A stretch of DNA of 64,000 nt. Source: Nemertoderma westbladi. Its lineage: Eukaryota > Animalia > Xenacoelomorpha. The position numbers were made by a program, and so were the translations under genes. This document shows positions 1 through 10,645 of the stretch, piece by piece. Within the stretch, counting starts at the first letter, position 1, and every line of letters starts with the position of its first letter. Below the pieces are notes generated by a model, which did not search any database, was not told where the DNA came from, and was given only the letters and a program-made list of their open reading frames with translations. The stretch spans positions 18,262 through 82,261 of the forward strand of contig JAUCBJ010006969.1 in assembly GCA_032718475.1 (NCBI GenBank). Reading direction: 5' to 3'.

Positions 1-1568
1 TATTGTGTAGGCCTACTGGAACACCCACTCCGCAATCGTTTGTATTGTGTAGGCCTACTGGAACGCCCACTCCGCAATCGTTTGTATTGTGTAGGCCTAC
101 TGGAACGCCCACTCCGCAATCGTTTGTATTGTGTAGGCCTACTGGAACACCCACTCCGCAATCGTTTGTATTGTGTAGGCCTACTGGAACACCCACTCCG
201 CAATCGTTTGTATTGTGTAGGCCTACTGGAACGCCCACTCCGCAATCGTTTGTATTGTGTAGGCCTACTGGAACGCCCACTCCGCAATCGTTTGTATTGT
301 GTAGGCCTACTGGAACGCCCACTCCGCAATCGTTTGTATTGTGTAGGCCTACTGGAACACCCACTCCGCAATCGTTTGTATTGTGTAGGCCTACTGGAAC
401 GCCCACTCCGCAATCGTTTGTATTGTGTAGGCCTACTGGAACGCCCACTCCGCAATCGTTTGTATTGTGTAGGCCTACTGGAACACCCACTCCGCAATCG
501 TTTGTATTGTGTAGGCCTACTGGAACACCCACTCCGCAATCGTTTGTATTGTGTAGGCCTACTGGAACACCCACTCCGCAATCGTTTGTATTGTGTAGGC
601 CTACTGGAACGCCCACTCCGCAATCGTTTGTATTGTGTAGGCCTACTGGAACACCCACTCCGCAATCGTTTGTATTGTGTAGGCCTACTGGAACACCCAC
701 TCCGCAATCGTTTGTATTGTGTAGGCCTACTGGAACACCCACTCCGCAATCGTTTGTATTGTGTAGGCCTACTGGAACACCCACTCCGCAATCGTTTGTA
801 TTGTGTAGGCCTACTGGAACACCCACTCCGCAATCGTTTGTATTGTGTAGGCCTACTGGAACACACACTCCGCAATCGTTTGTATTGTGTAGGCCTACTG
901 GAACACCCACTCCGCAATCGTTTGTATTGTGTAGGCCTACTGGAACGCCCACTCCGCAATCGTTTGTATTGTGTAGGCCTACTGGAACACCCACTCCGCA
1001 ATCGTTTGTATTGTGTAGGCCTACTGGAACACCCACTCCGCAATCGTTTGTATTGTGTAGGCCTACTGGAACGCCCACTCCGCAATCGTTTGTATTGTGT
1101 AGGCCTACTGGAACACCCACTCCGCAATCGTTTGTATTGTGTAGGCCTACTGGAACACCCACTCCGCAATCGTTTGTATTGTGTAGGCCTACTGGAACAC
1201 CCACTCCGCAATCGTTTGTATTGTGTAGGCCTACTGGAACACCCACTCCGCAATCGTTTGTATTGTGTAGGCCTACTGGAACACCCACTCCGCAATCGTT
1301 TGTATTGTGTAGGCCTACTGGAACACACACTCCGCAATCGTTTGTATTGTGTAGGCCTACTGGAACGCCCACTCCGCAATCGTTTGTATTGTGTAGGCCT
1401 ACTGGAACACACACTCCGCAATCGTTTGTATTGTGTAGGCCTACTGGAACACCCACTCCGCAATCGTTTGTATTGTGTAGGCCTACTGGAACACCCACTC
1501 CGCAATCGTTTGTATTGTGTAGGCCTACTGGAACGCCCACTCCGCAATCGTTTGTATTGTGTAGGCCT
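1..1568. repeat. 42-bp tandem array (TTGTGTAGGCCTACTGGAAC[A/G]CCCACTCCGCAATCGTTTGTA), 37 full copies plus a partial one; continues beyond the left edge
   Basis: Period of 42 read directly. Variation is almost limited to ACACCC/ACGCCC/ACACAC. Each unit contains the palindrome GTAGGCCTAC. Confidence 0.98.
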
Positions 1569-1597
1569 ATTATTATGAAATTGCCCTGTAGTGATTC

Positions 1598-2050
1598 TGT
1601 AGTGCATGCCGAATAGTCAAGGAAGCTTAGAAATAATTTAATCACAAAATCAAATTTAGTATTTTCATAAAATTGTTAGTCGAGACATTTTACCTATCTT
1701 TCTACAAAGCAAAACACCTTATTTATTTACTTAAGATACAGCATGTTGATTTCATGTGCAAAACAGATGTAGTCTCAATAATAGCCCTGATACAGTAGAT
1801 GTCAATTAAACAGATATTTATCAGAGTGACATCTCACATGTCTGCTGCAAGAAACCACTAACACTAGCTTGCTTAAATACTGCATGTAACTTTCATTAGA
1901 GAGAGAGAGAGAAAGAGAAATAGAATAGATTTAATTACCGGTAAAGTTATATTTGGAGACCGTAATAATTAGTTGAAAGTTAGACATTAAAAACCAGAAC
2001 CAAAACTATATTATTTTCATCATAACAAAGACAACGTCCAAACCTTTACA
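1598..2050 (+). repeat. 5' LTR (453 bp)
   Basis: Starts TGTAG after ATTC and ends CTTTACA just before the PBS. Differs from the 3' copy only by one GA unit in a (GA)n tract, as far as seen by eye. Confidence 0.85.
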
Positions 2051-2051
2051 T

Positions 2052-2062
2052 TGGTGACCCGG
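2052..2062 (+). promoter_or_regulatory. Primer-binding site, tRNA-Trp-like
   Basis: TGGTGACCC, 1 nt after the LTR end, matches the first 9 nt of the tRNA-Trp PBS (TGGTGACCCCGAC...). Confidence 0.7.
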
Positions 2063-2151
2063 ATCTTGGACCTTATTACTACTACCTTCAACTCCAGATG
2101 GGAAAAACTCTCTCGAAACTCAGTCACTGATTACCTCTTATCGAATACATC

Positions 2152-3014
2152 ATGGATGGTGACGGCGAAAATGTTGGTAACGCTGTAAACGTCGCTCGCG
2201 TTTCCGTTAAACCCCCGGTGTTCTTCCGTTCTAACCCCAGCGTTTGGTTCAGAATGTTGGAATCCCACTTTACATTAGCCAACATTACAAGCGAGGTAAC
2301 CAAATTTCACCACGTTATGGCGAATTTGCCAGAAGACGTCGCTTTAAACATTTCCACGGACATTCAATCATATGACGATATTAAATCTACCATTCTCCAA
2401 CTCTATCAGAAATCGAAAACTGAATTATTGGAGGAAGCCCTTGGACAGGTTACTTTAGACGGCCAAAAGCCCTCCTTAGTGTATCTGCGTATAAAAAGAA
2501 AATTACGAGAATGTAACTTAACGGCGGATGACGACCTAGTTCGGCACAAACTCTTACAAGCACTTCCAGTATCGGTGCGTTCTGCTTTGATTGCTCATCA
2601 GGGTCTACCACCCGAAGATTTCGCAACGCTGGCGGACACCATCCTCCAATTTACAAGTGGAATCCCTCAACCAAGTACTTCATATGATGTCGCCAGAGTT
2701 CAACACCCAAACTACAGTATGTTAATACCAGTGGTGATGTTTACAGAGGTGTTAGCAACACTTACAGAGCAAGAGCACCCTACCCTGTCACTTCTACCTC
2801 AAAAGTCGGAGCTATATTCCCGTTCAGCGAAGGGCAACGTCCAAAAATCTGCCGATACCATGTATATTATGGAACAAAAGCGAATACATGCACGCCATGG
2901 TGTCTTTGGCCGGGAGAAAAACCGCGTCGAATGCAACCATCTTCCCGACCAAACTCACGCCCTGCATCGCGCTCGACATCTCCTTCCCCTGATACCCAGG
3001 GGCAGGAAAACTAA
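2152..3014 (+). CDS. gag: Gypsy gag, split over two frames
   Basis: N-terminus [14 protein letters not shown]...[10 protein letters not shown]...TKFHHV is typical of this gag family. The Cys/His motif [18 protein letters not shown] and the ...QGQEN* end lie in the -1 frame, which opens after 2687. Confidence 0.85.
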
Positions 3015-6000
3015 CTGCCCTCAGAACATTTGCTGCTAGTTCTGAGGGAGCTGCCGTTTTCAAATTAACCGCAGCAATAAACCATATAAACAACAGCCAC
3101 CAATCCTTATCTTTTCTTATAGACACCGGCTCACAAGTATCCATACTAAAACCTTCCTCGTTTATTAGAAGCTTACTATGGGACAATACTGATGCAAAAC
3201 TCACAGCAATTTCAGGCAATAACATACATGTCCATGGAAAAGTTCATGTCCGAATTAATTTCCTCCGACGAGAATTTCCGTGGATATTTTATGTTGCCGA
3301 CGTTGAAGAAAACATTTTGGGATTGGATTTCTTATCAAATTATGACATGCTATTGGACTGCAAAAATAAACTAATCGTGGATAATTATACAAAACTGAAA
3401 TGCAATCTCAATCCAACAACATCGAAAAGTCTATCTATATTCAAAGTGGAAATCGACCACCCTGATTCAACATTATCCAGTCTTTTCAAAGAACATTCTA
3501 AGTTATTTGATTATGATATTATTCATACTGACACACCTCCACACAATACTGTGCATCGAATTATCACCAACCAATGCCAACCCACATACGCAAAGCCACG
3601 TCAACTTAGTGGGACCAAACTAATAATTGCTCAACAAGTTTTCGCGGATATGCGTTCTCGTGGTATAATACGCCCTTCAAGTAGTCCCTGGGCGTCACCA
3701 TTACATATGGTACCAAAGGTGGGGAGTACTGATAATTGGCGTCCATGTGGAGACTATAGAGCTTTGAACCGCATTACACAAAGTGATAAATATCCGCTGC
3801 CGCACATACAGCATTTTAATAGCAAACTGAAAGGTTCGACAGTTTTCAGCTCCATTGATCTCGTTAAAGCATACCATCAAATTCCTGTGGCAGAGGAAGA
3901 TATTCCAAAGACAGCTATTACAACCCCTTTTGGTCTCTTTGAATTTTTGCGGATGCCCTATGGTCTTAAAAACGCCGCACAAACTTTTCAAAGGGATATA
4001 CATGAAGTACTCGGAGATTTGGAATTTGTATTTCCTTTTCTCGATGATATTATGATACACTCTAAGGATATATCAACTCATTACATTCACCTAAGAAAGG
4101 TATTTGAACGTTTAACTCAGCACAACCTGCAAATAAACTTTGCCAAGTACCAATGGGTACAACCATCAATCTTATTTCTTGGATTCTTAGTGACGGCCGA
4201 CGGTATTTTACCTCCACCTAAACGAGTTAAATCCCTTGTCGATATGCCAGAACCACGTAGCTATACTGAGTTGCGACGGGTTCTGGGAATGTTTGGATTC
4301 TATCGACGACACATACCTTATTTCAGTCAGATTGTAGCACCCCTTCAATCTCTCTTAAACAAAACTCAACCACTGAAACGTAAACAACCACAACGAAACT
4401 TCAATGAAGGTGAATGGACATCGGAACACAAAGAAACTTTCCAGAAGTTGAAAAACTCGTTATCTAACGCAGTTTTATTACATCATCCTTCATCAGAGGA
4501 TTGTAAGCTGATTCTAACCACTGATGCTTCAAAGGACGCTATCGCAGCTTCTCTTCACGAAGTAATATCAGAAGAAGAATCAGTCCCCATTGCATTTTAC
4601 TCTCGTCGATTAACACCAAATGAAACCTCATGGTCAACCTTTGATCGAGAATTACTTGCGGCATATCAAGCTGCAGTGCACTTCCGCAGTAACTTAGAAG
4701 GCCGACAGGTTACTATATTCACAGACCACAAACCACTTACGTCTGCATTCAACAAACCATCGAGCATTTCTCCTAGACAAAACCGCCAGCTTTCATTCCT
4801 TTCTGAATACATTGACTCCATTGAATACATTGCAGGAGAAAGTAACATAGTCGCTGATACTTTATCACGTCAAATCGCTTCAATTAGTATTGATTCTTTT
4901 GGATTGGAAGATATTGCCTCTCAACAGTCAGCCAATTTAATCCTTCCTGAAGAGCATTCGCTAAATATTAAAACATTTCCATTAGCAAATGGTAAAGTTA
5001 TTAAGTGCGACGTAACTACTGCATACCCTAGACCCATCCTACCGGATTCATGTAGACGAACAGTATTTAACGAACTACACAACATGTCACATCCAGGAAT
5101 TAAATCGACCATACGTATAATAACTGATCGTTATATTTGGCCAAATGCTAAACGCGACATAGTGGAATGGTGTAAATTGTGCACATCTTGTCAAGCAAGT
5201 AAAGTAATACAACACACAAAAACACCCCTAACACCATTTCCTTTGGCACCACGTTTTACACATATCCATTCAGATATCATTGGTCCACTAGACATGGGTG
5301 AGCACCAATATCGACACGTAGTAACGTTCATAGATCGACACACTGGGTGGGTAGAAGCAGAGCCAGTTACGTCAATCACAGCTGTTGCCACAGCGACTGC
5401 ATTTATAAAAGTCTGGTTTTCTCGATTTGGAGTGCCCCTTTACCTCACAACAGATCGCGGTGGTCAATTTGAATCTGAATTACTAGCTGAACTCTCTAAG
5501 CTGATTGGTTTCCACCGTATGCGTACCACATCTTACCACCCCCAGAGTAACGGAAAAATAGAACGATTCCATAAAGTTTTAAAGGCTACACTCAAAGCAC
5601 GGAAATCAGATTGGTTAGAGTCCTTACCAATAGTTATTTTCAGTCACAGAATAACGCCATCTAGCGTTACTAATGTATCTCCATTTGAATTGGTAACGGG
5701 AACACAGCCGTTGTTGCCTTGTGTAGACCATTGTGTAGGCCTACTGGAACACCCACTCCGCAATCGTTTGTATTGTGTAGGCCTACTGGAACACCCACTC
5801 CGCAATCGTTTGTATTGTGTAGGCCTACTGGAACACCCACTCCGCAATCGTTTGTATTGTGTAGGCCTACTGGAACGCCCACTCCGCAATCGTTTGTATT
5901 GTGTAGGCCTACTGGAACACCCACTCCGCAATCGTTTGTATTGTGTAGGCCTACTGGAACACCCACTCCGCAATCGTTTGTATTGTGTAGGCCTACTGGA

Positions 6001-6088
6001 ACGCCCACTCCGCAATCGTTTGTATTGTGTAGGCCTACTGGAACGCCCACTCCGCAATCGTTTGTATTGTGTAGGCCTATTATTATGA
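3002..6088 (+). CDS. pol: Gypsy pol (protease, RT, RNase H, integrase), C-terminally fused to repeat-encoded ([14 protein letters not shown])n
   Basis: Frame is open from about 3002. Motifs: FLIDTGS (protease, ~3122), [24 protein letters not shown] (RT), TDAS/RELLA/TDHKPL (RNase H), [26 protein letters not shown] (integrase). GGAAAAC-TAA at 3005-3014 is a plausible -1 gag-pol slip site. Confidence 0.95.
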   Translation, partial: AGKLTALRTFAASSEGAAVFKLTAAINHINNSHQSLSFLIDTGSQVSILKPSSFIRSLLWDNTDAKLTAISGNNIHVHGKVHVRINFLRREFPWIFYVADVEENILGLDFLSNYDMLLDCKNKLIVDNYTKLKCNLNPTTSKSLSIFKVEIDHPDSTLSSLFKEHSKLFDYDIIHTDTPPHNTVHRIITNQCQPTYAKPRQLSGTKLIIAQQVFADMRSRGIIRPSSSPWASPLHMVPKVGSTDNWRPCGDYRALNRITQSDKYPLPHIQHFNSKLKGSTVFSSIDLVKAYHQIPVAEEDIPKTAITTPFGLFEFLRMPYGLKNAAQTFQRDIHEVLGDLEFVFPFLDDIMIHSKDISTHYIHLRKVFERLTQHNLQINFAKYQWVQPSILFLGFLVTADGILPPPKRVKSLVDMPEPRSYTELRRVLGMFGFYRRHIPYFSQIVAPLQSLLNKTQPLKRKQPQRNFNEGEWTSEHKETFQKLKNSLSNAVLLHHPSSEDCKLILTTDASKDAIAASLHEVISEEESVPIAFYSRRLTPNETSWSTFDRELLAAYQAAVHFRSNLEGRQVTIFTDHKPLTSAFNKPSSISPRQNRQLSFLSEYIDSIEYIAGESNIVADTLSRQIASISIDSFGLEDIASQQSANLILPEEHSLNIKTFPLANGKVIKCDVTTAYPRPILPDSCRRTVFNELHNMSHPGIKSTIRIITDRYIWPNAKRDIVEWCKLCTSCQASKVIQHTKTPLTPFPLAPRFTHIHSDIIGPLDMGEHQYRHVVTFIDRHTGWVEAEPVTSITAVATATAFIKVWFSRFGVPLYLTTDRGGQFESELLAELSKLIGFHRMRTTSYHPQSNGKIERFHKVLKATLKARKSDWLESLPIVIFSHRITPSSVTNVSPFELVTGTQPLLPCVDHCVGLLEHPLRNRLYCVGLLEHPLRNRLYCVGLLEHPLRNRLYCVGLLERPLRNRLYCVGLLEHPLRNRLYCVGLLEHPLRNRLYCVGLLERPLRNRLYCVGLLERPLRNRLYCVGLLL
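5731..6078. repeat. Second copy of the 42-bp array (8 full units plus a partial one) inside the retrotransposon
   Basis: Same unit as 1-1568, joined directly to integrase coding sequence. Confidence 0.97.
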
Positions 6089-6107
6089 AATTGCCCTGTA
6101 GTGATTC

Positions 6108-6558
6108 TGTAGTGCATGCCGAATAGTCAAGGAAGCTTAGAAATAATTTAATCACAAAATCAAATTTAGTATTTTCATAAAATTGTTAGTCGAGACATTT
6201 TACCTATCTTTCTACAAAGCAAAACACCTTATTTATTTACTTAAGATACAGCATGTTGATTTCATGTGCAAAACAGATGTAGTCTCAATAATAGCCCTGA
6301 TACAGTAGATGTCAATTAAACAGATATTTATCAGAGTGACATCTCACATGTCTGCTGCAAGAAACCACTAACACTAGCTTGCTTAAATACTGCATGTAAC
6401 TTTCATTAGAGAGAGAGAGAAAGAGAAATAGAATAGATTTAATTACCGGTAAAGTTATATTTGGAGACCGTAATAATTAGTTGAAAGTTAGACATTAAAA
6501 ACCAGAACCAAAACTATATTATTTTCATCATAACAAAGACAACGTCCAAACCTTTACA
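6108..6558 (+). repeat. 3' LTR copy (451 bp), flanked by ATTC on both sides
   Basis: Matches 1598-2050; ATTC at 6104-6107 and 6559-6562. Confidence 0.85.
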
Positions 6559-7599
6559 ATTCCTCATTACATGCTTGACAAACTTACCGGTTTAGTGTAT
6601 TTTAAATATATTTTATTCGAAAAGGAAATATTGTGTAACTCAGAGGTTGAAGAGGAACACTGTAATAGGCCTAACATTACACAGCGGGTGAGAATTGTAT
6701 TTTCGGCGGCCATCTAGCGCCTATAGGACACAGCTGCATATGAGTTAGGCTCAGATCCAATTATTATTAGTTATCAGCAAAGCAAAGCTAGTGTAGTCCG
6801 ATTACAGTTGTTACTAATGGGATACGGGCGGGGGCGACTAATAGGTTGGGGGCGGGTGGGTGGTTTGTATGGGGAGGGGGACGGGATACGGGAGTTGGGA
6901 CTAAGAGCTTGGATGGTTGAGGGCGGGGGTGGCTTGGGGAGGGGGGTCGTATCTCAAAATTGTAATTTTATAGCAAAACTGTACGTTTATTTTTCTTTTA
7001 CAGCTATTAACAACGATTGTACATTTGTTGTTACATGATATTTTGTTGCTAAGGGACATTTTGAAGAACGTCGGGCTTTGATCTCCTCAGGTTAATTATT
7101 CCAAACTAGCTGGTCTCGAAAACTCCGTAACGTTGGGATGAGTCCATTCTAACAGTGTTTGTGTTTATAGGCCTATATAGTAGTAATCACCACGAACCAT
7201 CAGTGGGTATTGTGGGAATGGGTAGTTATGTTTTCCTAAATAAGTTAAGTACTGTAGGCCTAAGTTTGATTAATTTGCGTAATTTGGTTAACAGTGTATT
7301 TATTGTGTATATTACTACAGGAAACGATTTATAAAGAGGCTGGCTGGGAGGGTGATCCGGCCCATATATGCGTTATCCTGGGCATGTCCCACATTGACAA
7401 AGAATGAGGGATGTATTTTTTGATGGGTGAATGGGGGGGGGGGGGGGGGGGGGGGGGGGCTAGGGATGGGATGAAAAAAGTAGAGCATTTTTTTCAATAT
7501 TCTCTAGACCCTTTATTAACCTCGCTGAAGCTCGGTAGATAACATAACTCGAGAATAGTGAAAAAAAGTCTTGGTTAAAGAACTTCAACAAAGGTACTG

Positions 7600-7961
7600 A
7601 GTCCCGGGTCACACATGTGCTTTCAACTTTCCACAATCAATTAAAAGATAGACCATATTGTAGCTATGGGAACGTTTACACATAAACAGATAGATGTAAG
7701 GCATAATTATGCTAATATTACGTCATCGATTTAGTTATCCATATTAAAAAGTATTAGGCCTACTTTAAATAAAATAAAAAAAACACATAATCTGTAAAAC
7801 AGTTCAGATTTATATAACTGCCAACTGAAAATTGTTCAATCATTTATATCTGGTCCAAGTAATATACAATAATTTTTATGAGATGAAAGTTGAATGTTTA
7901 TGTGAGAACCGGGACTTAGTTATTTTAAAATTTAATGTTGAAAGCTCATGTGTGACCCGAA
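7600..7961. repeat. Small degenerate inverted-repeat (MITE-like) remnant
   Basis: AGTCCCGGGTCACACATGTGCTTTCAAC (~7600) has reverse-complement-like copies at ~7889-7917 and ~7937-7961. Confidence 0.4.
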
Positions 7962-10645
7962 CCTAATCCTTCTACGATTTAGTCTCATATTCTAAATGTC
8001 ACGTTGGCGTGCATAAATATTTTTAGAGTATGGTCCATGGGGGGTCTATTTACTATTTAAAAATCAAAGTAATACGACTTAATTTAAGATTTCATAACGG
8101 CCATTCAATAACCGTTTTAAATAGCAGCTCACTCACTAGCAACCAGTCCGGCACCATATTAAATATGAGATCTACGGAAAAATTGAGTTCTCTAAATGGC
8201 TCGCACCACATTAAATAGCTGACGTCATATCCATAAATACTAGTGAGTGGCGTGTAAGCGAGGCTTAATGGAGGGACACAAGAGTATAACTAACCCTAAG
8301 GGAATACAAGCGATGTTTGCTGGTCAATTAACTGGAGTTGTAGGATAATCACGTCTGGTTACCACCCACTTCCTGTTACATACTGGTACTTTGTTAAAAT
8401 AATATCTACACAATCTAAAAGCAATATATCAGTAGTTATAGGTACAGGTTTCTCAATAAATACTTGTGGCGATAGTCACTGTAACCGTGAATCGTCAAGT
8501 CATGAAAACCGCCATAATCGCAGATTTTTGAGACCTTTAGGAAAATGAAATAACATCTATAGTATATTGTTTTAACAAAATGTTAGTCCTCACTCAATAT
8601 TAATTGATCTGGCAATAATCTTCTCAGCTCTAATAATATCGACCACACGGAGCCATTTTATTCCAAGTTAATATTTCCAACTTATTCCAATATTATTGTT
8701 GAACTTGGAATGAGAATGAATGTACTATCCATGGCAAAATGGTTCAAAAGCCATGTCCAGATTAATGGACGTGTCTCATTTATCTTTGATTCGAAATAAT
8801 GGACCGTTCAGATATTACGTCAGGTTTTTATCCCGTAAAATCTTAAGGAATTTAATCAGTTAGTGTCTCAACCATCCTGTCCCACCTTCTCTATACGATA
8901 GTGTTAGTTAGTATCCGATTGGGAACATTATGTAACACCGAGGTGTTTGTTTATAAACTGACGATATAAACTCCCACATATAATGCAGTGGGCCATGGGA
9001 ACTAATGGTGTGCGATTTGGGGGGAAGTGCCAAAGTCCAATCAATCTAAGTGATATACATCGTGAGTAAAGAGATAATTATTTGCTGAGCTGTGTAATAA
9101 ACGTAATAATATCCTTCCATTACAAATAATTTAAATATACCAATGGCTATAATCAACAGAAATCTTAATCATCCAATATCAAATTAAAAAACTTACTGTA
9201 AGTAAATCAAAGATTACAAATTGCATAACATTAAATGGATAGGGTACCGTGGGGTCAGTGCTAATGGAGCACCATACTGAAATACTGTTAAATAAAATGA
9301 AATGTGAACACTATCAGCTGACAACTGCTAACAACAAGGGGTGGCCCATCGTTCCAACACAATTTTACCTCATATAATATTAGTAACACATTCAACAAAA
9401 TGTGTCCCGATCTGCAAGTTAGACCCAATGATGTAAAGGAAACAATTTAAACAAACAATTAACGAACGGATTATATCTACATGAAATTAAAAAATGAAAT
9501 CGAAAATAAAAATAACTTTGATTGATCGATTAATAGCAAAATAAGGCAATCAAACAATTCTAATCTTACAATTGAAAGCAGAATTACACCCGCACATGAC
9601 TGATCTACACAATAAACGATTTTTAAACGAATCAGGTAATTATTTATTATAAATAAAAGCTCCCATTTATATTAGAAATAGATTCCTTATCACAAATTAT
9701 TTACAAAATATCCAGCTAATTAAATACTGCCATACAAACACTAACTAGTAATTTAAACATAGTATCCTTAATTACGCAAAATATTATTTAAATTCGCAAT
9801 TAAAGGATAAAAATATAGAAAAGCTTTCAGTAACTGAAACTGTTATTGGTGGGTTAGCAAACCAAGCGATGGCACAATCGGTAATCCTGTGGTGGTTGCC
9901 TTTCTTACGTTGCTAATAATTGTATCTTTTATTGCTAAAGTATTACGCCGTGCCTAACATATCAATTGGTATTGATGTTATTCTGAAATCTCTGGTCCAA
10001 TTGACATGACCGCTCTATATTATCGCTACTTGATGCATTTTAGGTCCTTGCGCTATAAAAAAAAATTTACAATGTGAGAACAAATTAGGAACGGAAATGT
10101 AAGTTTCACATACTAGGAACATAGCGTAACTAAATTACACAGTAAGGACAACATAACAGGTTAGTAAATTAGGCAATTATAATAAATTAAACTAATATTA
10201 GTTATAGTAACAAAATATAATTTGGCTTCCAGTTAGTTAAATAATTTGTTCATATAGAAGGCAGTATTCCGCATGCCGAGCCACACGTACTCAATAACTA
10301 CGTATAAAAGGATTTATTTATTGTAACGTATTAACGGAAAGGGTTTCTGCAGCAGTTTCTACACAGGAAACGAGCTTTAACTACACAACCTGTAACTATA
10401 ATTATCTTCGCATTATTAGAAGTGTCATAATAAATGAAATAAATTGACATGCTATATTTTAATTGGCACGTAGAATAAATGAGTTCACTGCCACAATCTC
10501 AACTATTCATTATCCTGGTAATGTTTTACCATTTTTTGACTCTTCGGGTTCAACTCATTGTTAGACCAAAATATGGTCACATAGATCACGGAGCTGCCGG
10601 TGTGGCAATCAACGCTCCGTAGGGACTCAGCAGACGGGCTGGGTT

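Larger units (their letters stand above)
1598..6558 (+). mobile_element. Ty3/Gypsy LTR retrotransposon, 3'-rearranged
   Basis: Two near-identical TGTA...TACA repeats (1598-2050, 6108-6558), PBS-like TGGTGACCC at 2052, gag then PR-RT-RH-IN order, and 4-bp ATTC at 1594-1597 and 6559-6562 as TSD. Confidence 0.95.

Noticed and set aside
1-1616. 537-aa and 512-aa repetitive ORFs, and a CRISPR-like appearance of the array
   Set aside because: The ORFs are a by-product of a stop-free 42-bp unit. There are no unique spacers or cas genes, and the context is eukaryotic.
1-2050. LTR defined as array plus unique part (array inside U3)
   Set aside because: Disfavoured because the ATTC TSD and TGTA...TACA termini fit an LTR start at 1598 and no PPT precedes the 3' array. 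Not fully excluded, since the left end of the array is outside the window.
2714-3039. C-terminal third of the 295-aa ORF as real gag sequence
   Set aside because: The recognisable gag Cys/His motif is in the -1 frame.
8530-8780. Possible L1-type RT remnant on the minus strand
   Set aside because: Too degraded to support by eye.
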